Made by a program: the position numbers and the translations under genes. The notes under the pieces are model-generated. The model saw only the letters and a list, made by a program, of their open reading frames with translations. It was not told the origin of the DNA and did no database searches. From Thermoplasmatota archaeon (GTDB lineage: Archaea; Thermoplasmatota; E2; DHVEG-1): a DNA stretch of 35,504 bases. Positions 9,212 to 18,210 of the stretch are shown piece after piece. The DNA lies in assembly GCA_030605515.1 (NCBI GenBank), contig JAUWIE010000063.1, positions 1-35,504 on the forward strand, read 5' to 3'. Numbering within the stretch: the first letter of the stretch is position 1; each line of letters opens with the position of its first letter.

Positions 9212-10246
9212 ATACTATTCAAAATTGCTTTTATTGGATTTGGAACTGTTGGTCAGGGATTGTGTGAGATATTACTTGAAAAAAAAGATATGCTAGAAAA
9301 AAAATATGGTTTTAATTACACTGTAGTTGCGATCTCAGACATTATGAAAGGATCAGTTTATGACAAAAACGGTTTGGATGTAGCAAAGATATTAAACCTT
9401 GTTAAAAACGGTAAGAAATTAGATGAATACCCCACTGGTATTAAGGGTATGGATAGTTTAGCTACTATCAAAGAAACCAATGCTAATACAATTGTGGAGG
9501 TTACTTTTACTGATGTAAAAACAGGTGAGCCAGCTCTTACTCATATTAAAACAGCATTATCTACTGGTAAAAATGTTGTATCTACAAATAAGGGCCCTGT
9601 GATAAAGAAAGCTCTTAATCTTTTAGATATAGCGGATTCTAATAATGTAAATTATGGGTTTGAAGGAGTTGTTTTAGCTGGTACTCCAGTGTTGAATCTA
9701 GCTAAATATACCCTTGCTGGAAACATAATTAGTGGTTTTAAAGGAATTCTAAATGGTACTACAAACTATATTCTCACTAGGATGGAAGAGGGTATGTCTT
9801 ATGATTCTGCATTGAAAAAAGCACAGGAACTTGGTTACGCAGAAGCTGATCCAACGGGTGATGTAGAAGGCTGGGATGCCCTTGGTAAAGTAGTAATTTT
9901 ATCAAATATAGTACTTGGAAAGAAACTAAGCTTGGAGGATGTAAAAAGAGAAGGAATAACCGGAATTTCAATAGATGATATCAAAAAAGCAAAAGCAGAG
10001 GGAAAACGCTGGAAGCTAATAGGATCTGCAGAGGTGCAAACCGATGGCTCCGTAAAAGCAAAGGTCTCACCAGAAAAACTATCTTTTAGTGATCCATTAG
10101 CAGGTGTTTGCGAGGCTGTTAATGCATTGACATACTTTACTGATGAACTAGGGCCTGTTACAATTATTGGACCTGGTGCAGGTCGCCGTGAAACAGGTTT
10201 TTCATTGCTAATTGATCTTTTAGAGATAAACCGGAAATCAAAATAA
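9212..10246 (+). CDS. hom: Homoserine dehydrogenase (no ACT domain)
   Basis: Rossmann KIAFIGFGTVG lies upstream of the track's start; TNKGP, GILNGTTNYIL, GYAEADPTGDVEGWD and GPGAG motifs. Start inferred at ATA 9212 (or ATT 9209) after GGAGGGG. Confidence 0.9.
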   Translation: MLFKIAFIGFGTVGQGLCEILLEKKDMLEKKYGFNYTVVAISDIMKGSVYDKNGLDVAKILNLVKNGKKLDEYPTGIKGMDSLATIKETNANTIVEVTFTDVKTGEPALTHIKTALSTGKNVVSTNKGPVIKKALNLLDIADSNNVNYGFEGVVLAGTPVLNLAKYTLAGNIISGFKGILNGTTNYILTRMEEGMSYDSALKKAQELGYAEADPTGDVEGWDALGKVVILSNIVLGKKLSLEDVKREGITGISIDDIKKAKAEGKRWKLIGSAEVQTDGSVKAKVSPEKLSFSDPLAGVCEAVNALTYFTDELGPVTIIGPGAGRRETGFSLLIDLLEINRKSK

Positions 10247-10270
10247 TAATGAGGTAAATGGTGAAAAGCT

Positions 10271-12103
10271 ATGAGTGGTGGATACACTGGGAAAATGCTT
10301 ATAATTGATCTTAACAAGTGTACTACCGCTGTAGAAAACACAGATATAACTGCTGCAAAAAGTTTTATTGGAGCTAAAGGACTTGGAGCTAAAATTCTTT
10401 TTGATAGACTACCAAAAGGAACTGATCCACTTTCACCAGAAAACATTTTGATGTTTACAACCGGGCCTCTTACAGGTACCCGGGCTCAGACTTCTGGCCG
10501 TGGAACCGTGGTTACAAAATCTCCACAGACCGGTCTTTTTTTAGATTCCCATTTTGGTGGTATTTTTGCTGCTGAGATGAAAAAAGCAGGTTGGGATTTT
10601 ATAATCATACATGGTCGATCAAAATCTCCTATTTATATTGTGATAAAAGATGATATTGTTGAATTTAAAGATGCATCAATGATATGGGATGAGGAATGCT
10701 TTGAAATGCATAACCGGCTTCAGAGAAATGAAGGACCAGTGAAAACAGCTGTCATAGGACCTGCTGGTATTAACCTTGTTAAGTTTTCAGCTATCACAAT
10801 CGATGGACATCGACATGCAGGTCGTGGTGGATCAGGTGCTGTGATGGGTTCAAAAAACCTCAAAGCAGTTGCTGTATCTGGTAGTGGTAAGATTCCTTTG
10901 CATAAAACTGATGAATTCCAAAAACAAGCAAGTGATGTTTTAAAGAGAATTCAAGAAAATGATTTTGTACCTGTTAGACGAAAATATGGGACTTCTTATT
11001 GGGTGAAAATCATTAACGATGAAGGTTTCATTCCGACGAGGAATTATCAAGAGGGTTTTTTCGAACATGGTGAAAAAATAAATGCTGAGACAATGCAGAA
11101 AAAAATTGTAGATGGCTCAGGAGCTTGTTATAATTGTGTGATTGCCTGTTGGAATAAATCATCAATTAAATCAGGGCCATATCGTGGTGTTTCACTGATA
11201 GGACCTGAATATGAGACACTTGCACTTATGGGCTCAAATTTAGGTATAAGCTCGATTGAGGATGTAGCATATCTAAATAGTAGATGCAATGAACTTGGTA
11301 TGGATACAATCTCATTAGGAGGAGTGCTTGGATTTGCAATAGAAGCCTATGAAAAAGGAATACTTACAATTGATGACTTAAATTTTAATAATATCGGCTG
11401 GGGATTAACAGAGGAACTCTCAAAGCTTATAGATGATATTGCTTATCGAAGAGGAAAAGCTGGTGAGATACTTGCAGAGGGAGTAAAAATCGCAGCTGAA
11501 AAACTCAAAAACAATGCTGAGAAGTTTTCAGTACATGTAAAAGGAATGGAAATACCAGGGTATGATCCAAGGGGAACATTTGGTATGGGACTTGCTTATG
11601 CAACGTCTGATAGAGGTGGATGTCATCAGAGAGCATGGACTGTTAAAGCTGAGCTTTATGATCCTGAACTAGAGCGTTTTTCATTTAAAAATAAAGCAAA
11701 GATTGTAAAAGATGCACAGGATGAACGAGCAGCGTTTTTTTCACTTGTGCTTTGTGATTTCGCACCAATATCTGAACAGGATTGTGTTGATATGTTAAAT
11801 CTTGCAACAGGATTTGATCACACAGTTGATAGTTATCTCTTGGCTGGTGAGCGAATATGGAATCTTATACGCTTATTTAATCTCCGGGAGGGGTTGAATA
11901 CAGCTGATGATAAGCTACCATCCAGATTCTTTGATGATCCATTTACAGTTGGTCCTGCAAAAGACGTTGTTTTATCAAGGAAAGAGTTTCAACAGAGCCT
12001 TGAGGAGTACTATTCTATCCGTGGATGGAATTCAAAGGGTATTCCAACTGTTAAAAAACTTAAAGAACTTGGTTTGACAAATTACATAAAATCAACAAGT
12101 TGA
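10271..12103 (+). CDS. aor: Tungsten-containing aldehyde:ferredoxin oxidoreductase family protein
   Basis: KSPQTG, GRGGSGAVMGSKNLKA, CxxCxxxC, GPEYET, GMDTIS, YDPRG and DRGGCH motifs. Confidence 0.92.
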   Translation: MSGGYTGKMLIIDLNKCTTAVENTDITAAKSFIGAKGLGAKILFDRLPKGTDPLSPENILMFTTGPLTGTRAQTSGRGTVVTKSPQTGLFLDSHFGGIFAAEMKKAGWDFIIIHGRSKSPIYIVIKDDIVEFKDASMIWDEECFEMHNRLQRNEGPVKTAVIGPAGINLVKFSAITIDGHRHAGRGGSGAVMGSKNLKAVAVSGSGKIPLHKTDEFQKQASDVLKRIQENDFVPVRRKYGTSYWVKIINDEGFIPTRNYQEGFFEHGEKINAETMQKKIVDGSGACYNCVIACWNKSSIKSGPYRGVSLIGPEYETLALMGSNLGISSIEDVAYLNSRCNELGMDTISLGGVLGFAIEAYEKGILTIDDLNFNNIGWGLTEELSKLIDDIAYRRGKAGEILAEGVKIAAEKLKNNAEKFSVHVKGMEIPGYDPRGTFGMGLAYATSDRGGCHQRAWTVKAELYDPELERFSFKNKAKIVKDAQDERAAFFSLVLCDFAPISEQDCVDMLNLATGFDHTVDSYLLAGERIWNLIRLFNLREGLNTADDKLPSRFFDDPFTVGPAKDVVLSRKEFQQSLEEYYSIRGWNSKGIPTVKKLKELGLTNYIKSTS

Positions 12104-12124
12104 ATAATATTTGGTGATAAAAAT

Positions 12125-13282
12125 ATGATACAGTTAAGTAAAGGAGCAGATCGAATATATGGAGAAGCAGCATTTGAAGTACTAGCAAAAGCTCAGGAAT
12201 TAGAACGAAAGGGAAAAAGCATTCTTCATTTTGAAATCGGTGAGCCTGATATGGAAACACCGGATAACATTGCTAAAGCAGGGATAAAGGCAATACAGGA
12301 TAAAAAAACACATTATGTGCCATCAATTGGATTATTGGAGCTTAGAAAATCAGTGCAGGATGAAATAGAGAAAACCCGTGGGTATAGACCTGACCTAGAA
12401 CAGGTTGTTATCACCCCAGGTCTTAAACCAGGTATATTTTTTTCTATGCTAGCAATAATTAATCAAGGTGATGAGGTTATTTATCAGGATCCAGGGTATC
12501 CAACATATGGATCAGTAACTTCTTTTATTGGTGGAAAAAGTATTCCTATCCCTCTCCTGGAAGAAAACGAGTTCCGTATGAACCCTGATGATATAAAAGA
12601 TAAAATCACTGGGAAAACAAAGCTTATCATCATAAACTCTCCTCAGAATCCAACTGGATCAGTTATGACAAAATCTGAGTTGGAGGATATAGCCATGCTT
12701 GCTGAAGAACATGATATTTATATTGTATCAGATGAGATTTATTCAAAGATGACATATGATACAAATCATTATACTCCAACTAGTAGAGATGAAGCAAAAA
12801 AAAGATCTGTGCTTTTGGATGGATTCTCTAAGTATTATGCTATGACTGGCTGGCGATTGGGATATATGATAGCTCCAAAAAAGATGGCTGAGCGGCTTCA
12901 GGATTTTCTAGTAAGTGCTGTGTCATGTACCGCTGCTTTTACACAATGGGCTGGTGTAGAAGCATTAACAGGTAATCAAAGTTTTATTTCTGAGATGATG
13001 ACAAGATTCAAAGAAAAAAGAGATACAATAGTAAAAGGTCTGAACACTATTCCTGGTTTTAAATGCCTCTTTCCAAAAGGAGCATTTTATGCTTTTCCAA
13101 ATATCAAAGAAACAGGGATGAATTCCCAAGAATGCGCTGATCATCTACTCTACAAAGCAGGTGTAGCCGCTTTACCAGGAACTGCTTTTGGTCCTTATGG
13201 TGAAGGATACCTAAGGTTTTCTTATGCAACAACTCTTGAAAACATTGACATCGCTATAAATAAAATTAAAGAATCATTTTAA
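12125..13282 (+). CDS. Class I/II PLP-dependent aminotransferase (aspartate aminotransferase-like)
   Basis: IGEPD, INSPQNPTG, SDEIY, GFSKYYAMTGWRLG (PLP Lys) and YLRFSY. Confidence 0.92.
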   Translation: MIQLSKGADRIYGEAAFEVLAKAQELERKGKSILHFEIGEPDMETPDNIAKAGIKAIQDKKTHYVPSIGLLELRKSVQDEIEKTRGYRPDLEQVVITPGLKPGIFFSMLAIINQGDEVIYQDPGYPTYGSVTSFIGGKSIPIPLLEENEFRMNPDDIKDKITGKTKLIIINSPQNPTGSVMTKSELEDIAMLAEEHDIYIVSDEIYSKMTYDTNHYTPTSRDEAKKRSVLLDGFSKYYAMTGWRLGYMIAPKKMAERLQDFLVSAVSCTAAFTQWAGVEALTGNQSFISEMMTRFKEKRDTIVKGLNTIPGFKCLFPKGAFYAFPNIKETGMNSQECADHLLYKAGVAALPGTAFGPYGEGYLRFSYATTLENIDIAINKIKESF

Positions 13283-13886
13283 AAAATAATTATTCAATCT
13301 TCTTTGTTTTAAAGCTTCCTTAATTACACATTCTGTATGATATAAGCACTTATAATTTATGTAGATTTTGACATAAAGATATATTAATCAACAGCATTAA
13401 AATAGTTATAACTATCATATGTATAAACAGGAACAACAAGAAAAGATAGGACAAAACACACTGCCAAATCATTGACTGTTGCAGACTGGGTGTGATATGA
13501 CTGAATTTCGCGCGCTGTACATCTAGACGCACATGCTTTTTATCATGTGTAGTTTACATTATTCTTTTCAAGAGTATTAATTGCTGTTTTCACAAATTTA
13601 CTTAGTCTATATATATTGTATGAACCGACATTGTAACAATCATTGGTATGGTGAGTTTGATAATGGCTTTTTTAGGGTATCCACGTTGGGTTTTTGACTT
13701 CCTCAGTCTCAGACTTATCTGTTGTGTGTTTTCTTGTCACGGACTGAGGATAAAGACAAATGTTATTTCAATATTGTGATAATTTAATAATAGAAATGAG
13801 GATTTTGTGTTAGGGGCCTTAAGTCTCAGTAGATTTTAAATAAGTAAATTAGATAAAAGGATTGCAAAATTATCTGTAGATTCCAA

Positions 13887-13912
13887 AACTATATATAGTT
13901 AACAATTGTTAA
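13887..13912. promoter_or_regulatory. Putative promoter/operator of the hdr operon: two overlapping 14-bp palindromes
   Basis: AACTATATATAGTT (13887-13900, contains TATA-like TATATA) and TTAACAATTGTTAA (13899-13912), directly upstream of hdrC. Confidence 0.45.
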
Positions 13913-13930
13913 TTCATGAGTGGTATATTA

Positions 13931-14458
13931 ATGAGCATAGTAGATTTGACTTCTATGGGGAAGTCTCAAACTGAGCTGAGAAAAGAAATCAATGGGCAGT
14001 TATCAAAACTGCAAGATGAAATCTCAGATTACTGTTTTCAATGTGCAAAATGTACCGCTGGTTGTGAGGCTCATAAACTGCTTGAACTTGAGCCTCATAA
14101 AATGGTTGCTCTTTTGAAACGTGGATTGATCGACGAGATGGTAAACTCTGATATCATCTGGACTTGTATGAGCTGTTTTAAATGCCGTGAGCGGTGTCCG
14201 CAACGCGTAGCTCCTGTTGAGATTTTATTTGCCTTGAAAAACATGGCTGTTGTCAGCGGTAAGCAGATTCCTGGGAAATATACAGCAATGTTACAATCGA
14301 TTCTTTCTATTGGCCTAATCCAAGATGTGCAAGAGGTTACCACTCGAGATAATAAAACAATGAAACGAGATGAACTAGGTCTTCCTTCTCTTTCAAAACC
14401 ATGTGATCCCGCAAAGTTTCAGGTAGGATTAACGAAAATAGCAGTTGAAAAAGTATAG
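13931..14458 (+). CDS. hdrC: Heterodisulfide reductase subunit C
   Basis: CFQCAKCTAGC and IWTCMSCFKCRERCPQ, two [4Fe-4S] motifs; alternative start at 13916. Confidence 0.9.
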   Translation: MSIVDLTSMGKSQTELRKEINGQLSKLQDEISDYCFQCAKCTAGCEAHKLLELEPHKMVALLKRGLIDEMVNSDIIWTCMSCFKCRERCPQRVAPVEILFALKNMAVVSGKQIPGKYTAMLQSILSIGLIQDVQEVTTRDNKTMKRDELGLPSLSKPCDPAKFQVGLTKIAVEKV

Positions 14459-14467
14459 AGGTCGATT

Positions 14468-15337
14468 ATGAAAAAGAAATATGCATTGTACCCAGGTTGT
14501 CTGATGCCAACAGAACAGTATGCATATGAACTCTCTATACGGGAGAGTTTGCCGTTGTTAGATATTGAACTGGTGGATATCGACGGTTTTTCTTGTTGCG
14601 GTGAACCAATGAAAAGTGTGAATCGGTTACTTACATTGTATCTCTCAGCGCGTAACCTTGCTCTTGCTGAGAAACACAAGCTTGATTTATTTATTCCCTG
14701 TGCAATGTGTCATCTTGCATTGAGTGAATGCAGACACATACTAGGTAATAATCCAGAGATGAAAAAAAGAATTAATGGAATGCTTGCCTCTGAAGAGTTG
14801 ACCTATAAGGGCACGGGTGAAATTGTTCATACGGTTGATTTGTTACATGACCTTGTTGGTGTTGAGACAATTAAACAACGAGTTAAGAAACCAATGAAAG
14901 GGATAAAGCTTGCCACACATTATGGCTGTCATTTAATCCGTCCGACTGAAATCGGGCGTCCAGTGGATTCTGAGCATCCTATGAAGATGGAAGCGATTCT
15001 TGAGGCATTGGAAGCTGAAACTGTTGATTACCCGGAGAAACTGGATTGTTGTGGTGGTATCCTGCAGATCAATCTCCCTGAATCAGCTTTGACGAAGACA
15101 GGGCAGAAACTGAAAGCAGTTCAGGAGCACGGGTTTGACGGTTTTGTTGATGTATGTCCATGGTGTCATAAAATGTTTGACTCGCGGCAGAGTAAAGCTG
15201 GTGAAACGGTTGCAGCGAAGCTGGATGTCCCGGTGTTTTATTTGACACAGTTACTTGGTTTAGCGCTTGGTGTTAAGAAGGAAAAACTTGGTTTGGAGTT
15301 GAATTTGAGTCCAGTGGATAAACTAGAGTTTGGATAG
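14468..15337 (+). CDS. hdrB: Heterodisulfide reductase subunit B
   Basis: Two CCG domains: YPGC...CCG...PCAMC and HYGCH...CCG...VCPWC. Confidence 0.93.
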   Translation: MKKKYALYPGCLMPTEQYAYELSIRESLPLLDIELVDIDGFSCCGEPMKSVNRLLTLYLSARNLALAEKHKLDLFIPCAMCHLALSECRHILGNNPEMKKRINGMLASEELTYKGTGEIVHTVDLLHDLVGVETIKQRVKKPMKGIKLATHYGCHLIRPTEIGRPVDSEHPMKMEAILEALEAETVDYPEKLDCCGGILQINLPESALTKTGQKLKAVQEHGFDGFVDVCPWCHKMFDSRQSKAGETVAAKLDVPVFYLTQLLGLALGVKKEKLGLELNLSPVDKLEFG

Positions 15338-15356
15338 TGTTAGTGGAGTATAGTGT

Positions 15357-17315
15357 ATGCGTCGGATTGGTGTGTTTGTCTGCCATTGCGGTATCAATAT
15401 TGCCCAGAATGTTGATGTTGAAGCGTTAACAAAGTATGCTAGTAAGCTTGATGATGTAGTAGTAAGTAAGCAGTACAAGTATATGTGTTCCGATGTTGGC
15501 GCTACTCTTATTAAGGACTCGATTAAAGAACATCAGCTTGATGGTGTTGTAGTTGCATGTTGTTCCCCGCGGATGCATGAGCATACATTCCGTGAGGTTG
15601 TCAACGATGGTGGGGTGAACCCATATCGTTTAGAGATTGCTAATATACGTGAGCAGTGTTCTTGGGTACATGGCGATCGTGGTAAGTCGACGGAGAAAGC
15701 AAAGTTTCTTGTAAGAAGTGCGGTGGCTAAGGCGAAATTGCTTGAGCCGCTGGAAACGTCGACGCTTGAGGTGAACCCCGATGCATTGGTAATTGGTGGT
15801 GGCATCGCAGGTATCCAGGCATCGCTTGATCTAGCGAATGATGGTTTTAAAGTGTATCTTGTTGAGCGTGAGCCTAGTATCGGTGGGCGGATGTCGCAGC
15901 TTGATAAAACGTTTCCTACGCTTGATTGTTCGTCGTGTATTTTGACTCCGAAGATGATGGAAGTTGGGAATCATCCAAATATTGATCTCTTAACATATGT
16001 TGAGGTTACAGGTGTTGAGGGCAGTATTGGAAATTATACTGTTAAGGTACGAAAGAAACCACGGTATGTTGATGTGGATAAATGTACTGGTTGTGGTGAT
16101 TGTGCTGCAGCCTGCCGGCTTAAGGGAAGGATTTCTAGTGAGTTTGACATGGGCATGGGTAAACGTGGTGCAGCGTATATGCCATTCCCGCAGGCAGTGC
16201 CTTTGAAATATACGATTGATGCAGAGCATTGTCTCTTTCTAACACGTGGTAAATGTGGTGACAAGCCTGCCTGCAGGGAAGCATGTGTGCAGAAGGCGAT
16301 TGATTTTGATCAAAAAGAAGAACTAGTTGATTTAAAAGTCGGCGCGATTGTGGTAACAACTGGTTATGACCTCTTGAATCCTGAAGATCTGTACGAGTAT
16401 GGATATGCAGTTTCACCTGATGTAATTACCACCCTTGAACTAGAACGACTCATTAGTTCATCTGGACCGACAAAAGGTGAAATCTTACGTCCATCCGATC
16501 AGCAGAAACCCAAGAGTGTAACTTTTATTCTTTGTGTTGGCTCCCGTGATGAAACCCAGTGTACCTGGTGCTGTCGTATTGGATGTATGAGTGCGTTGAA
16601 ACATGTGTATCTTTTGCGCGAAAAACTAGGTGACGATGTCGAAATCAACTTATGCTATACCGATATTCGATCCTACGGCAAAGGATATGAGGAGTTTTAT
16701 CGCAAGGTGCGCGGGTTAAAAACAAACATGTTCCGTGGAATACCCTCTGAAGTACAAAATATGGGAGATCATCAGAAAATTGATATTTTTGATACAACAA
16801 CAAATAAACTCTTTGAAATTAAAACAGATATGGTAGTACTAGTTCCTGCATTGGTGCCACGTTCTGATGCAGCTGATTTTGCAAGGTTACTTCATTTGAC
16901 ACAGAGCGGCGACGGGTTCTTTTTGGAGGCTCATCCGAAGTTGCGGCCGATGGATACGTTTGTGAATGGTATTTTTATTGCGGGATGCTGTCAAGGACCA
17001 AAAGATATCCAGGATACAGTATCACAGGCAAGTGGTGCTGCTTCACGTGTGGCAACTATTCTTTCTAAAAAAGAATTAGAAATAGATCCGCTAATAGCTG
17101 CGGTTGATGAAGAGGCATGTACAGGTTGCGGTATCTGTGTCGATGTATGTCCGTACGAAGCACGTGTCCTAAATGAGAAAGCCAAGATTGCTGAGGTGAA
17201 CGAGGCGTTGTGTACTGGTTGTGGTGCGTGTATTGCTGCGTGTCCGAGTAACGCGTCTATTCATAAGAACTTTACAAAAAAACAGTTCTTGAACATGGTT
17301 GATGACATTTTATGA
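15357..17315 (+). CDS. hdrA: Heterodisulfide reductase subunit A (canonical single-FAD type)
   Basis: N-terminal [10 protein letters not shown] domain, GGGIAG FAD site, DKTFPTLDCSSC, inserted and C-terminal 2x[4Fe-4S] domains, GPKDI. Confidence 0.95.
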   Translation: MRRIGVFVCHCGINIAQNVDVEALTKYASKLDDVVVSKQYKYMCSDVGATLIKDSIKEHQLDGVVVACCSPRMHEHTFREVVNDGGVNPYRLEIANIREQCSWVHGDRGKSTEKAKFLVRSAVAKAKLLEPLETSTLEVNPDALVIGGGIAGIQASLDLANDGFKVYLVEREPSIGGRMSQLDKTFPTLDCSSCILTPKMMEVGNHPNIDLLTYVEVTGVEGSIGNYTVKVRKKPRYVDVDKCTGCGDCAAACRLKGRISSEFDMGMGKRGAAYMPFPQAVPLKYTIDAEHCLFLTRGKCGDKPACREACVQKAIDFDQKEELVDLKVGAIVVTTGYDLLNPEDLYEYGYAVSPDVITTLELERLISSSGPTKGEILRPSDQQKPKSVTFILCVGSRDETQCTWCCRIGCMSALKHVYLLREKLGDDVEINLCYTDIRSYGKGYEEFYRKVRGLKTNMFRGIPSEVQNMGDHQKIDIFDTTTNKLFEIKTDMVVLVPALVPRSDAADFARLLHLTQSGDGFFLEAHPKLRPMDTFVNGIFIAGCCQGPKDIQDTVSQASGAASRVATILSKKELEIDPLIAAVDEEACTGCGICVDVCPYEARVLNEKAKIAEVNEALCTGCGACIAACPSNASIHKNFTKKQFLNMVDDIL

Positions 17316-17325
17316 GAGTTAGATT

Positions 17326-18210
17326 ATGAAAGATGATAAGACTATCTCGATGGCTGCTGCTGAAAAACATGGGTCAGTGTTAGTCATCGGTGGTGGTATC
17401 TCTGGTATTCAATCTGCACTTGATCTTGCTAATTCAGGATTTAAAGTGTATGTGCTAGAAGAAAAACCAGCTATTGGTGGCGTGATGTCGCAGCTTGATA
17501 AAACGTTCCCTACGAATGATTGTTCTATGTGTATTATGTCGCCTAAGCTTGTTGATGTAGGCCGTCATCCAAATATCGAGCTTATTACCTTCTCAGAATT
17601 AAAAGATATCACAGGCAAAGTAGGCAATTTCAAAGTTAAAATACTTAAAAAACCACGTTATGTGGATGGAGAGAAATGTACCGGTTGTGGAGTATGCATA
17701 GAAAATTGTCCGGTATTGTTCCAGCCGCAGATCCCTGAAAAACCGAAAGAACCGTCTCAGGTGAGAGACCAGGTGTATATCGATGAACTGATTTCCAAGT
17801 ATTCCTATTATGAAGCACCGTTGATTCAAATTATGCTGGAAGTAAACAAGAAATATAGATATCTCCCAAGGGATGTACTAGAATATCTCTCTTTTAAACT
17901 TGATACCGCGCTTAGCACCATTTATAGAGTGGCTACTTTCTATAAGACATTTAGTCTTGAACCTCTAGGCAAGTACCATATCAAGATATGCCTAGGTACC
18001 GCCTGTCATGTTAGAGGTGCCAGAAATATTGTTGATAAAGTTAAAGACGCAATAGATGCTGCTGAAGAAGGTCTCTTCTCGCTAGAAACTGTTAACTGCC
18101 TTGGTGCCTGTGCTCTTGGCCCTATTATGATGGTGAACGAAGAGGTTCATGGGCACATGACCGTTGATAAAGTCGATGAGATCATAACGTCTTTGGAGGG
18201 AATTAAATGA
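17326..18210 (+). CDS. Fusion: HdrA N-terminal FAD-binding fragment plus half ferredoxin (aa 1-130) joined to a NuoE/HydC-like [2Fe-2S] subunit
   Basis: [31 protein letters not shown], then NuoE motifs [18 protein letters not shown] and CLGACALGP. Confidence 0.9.
   Translation: MKDDKTISMAAAEKHGSVLVIGGGISGIQSALDLANSGFKVYVLEEKPAIGGVMSQLDKTFPTNDCSMCIMSPKLVDVGRHPNIELITFSELKDITGKVGNFKVKILKKPRYVDGEKCTGCGVCIENCPVLFQPQIPEKPKEPSQVRDQVYIDELISKYSYYEAPLIQIMLEVNKKYRYLPRDVLEYLSFKLDTALSTIYRVATFYKTFSLEPLGKYHIKICLGTACHVRGARNIVDKVKDAIDAAEEGLFSLETVNCLGACALGPIMMVNEEVHGHMTVDKVDEIITSLEGIK

Noticed and set aside
10271..12103. AOR as BamB of a class II benzoyl-CoA reductase working with the Bam-like hdr/nuo genes
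   Set aside because: It lies in a separate operon with hom and an aminotransferase, there is no BamC-like gene or aromatic-degradation context, and I cannot identify BamB-specific residues. A phylogeny would be needed.
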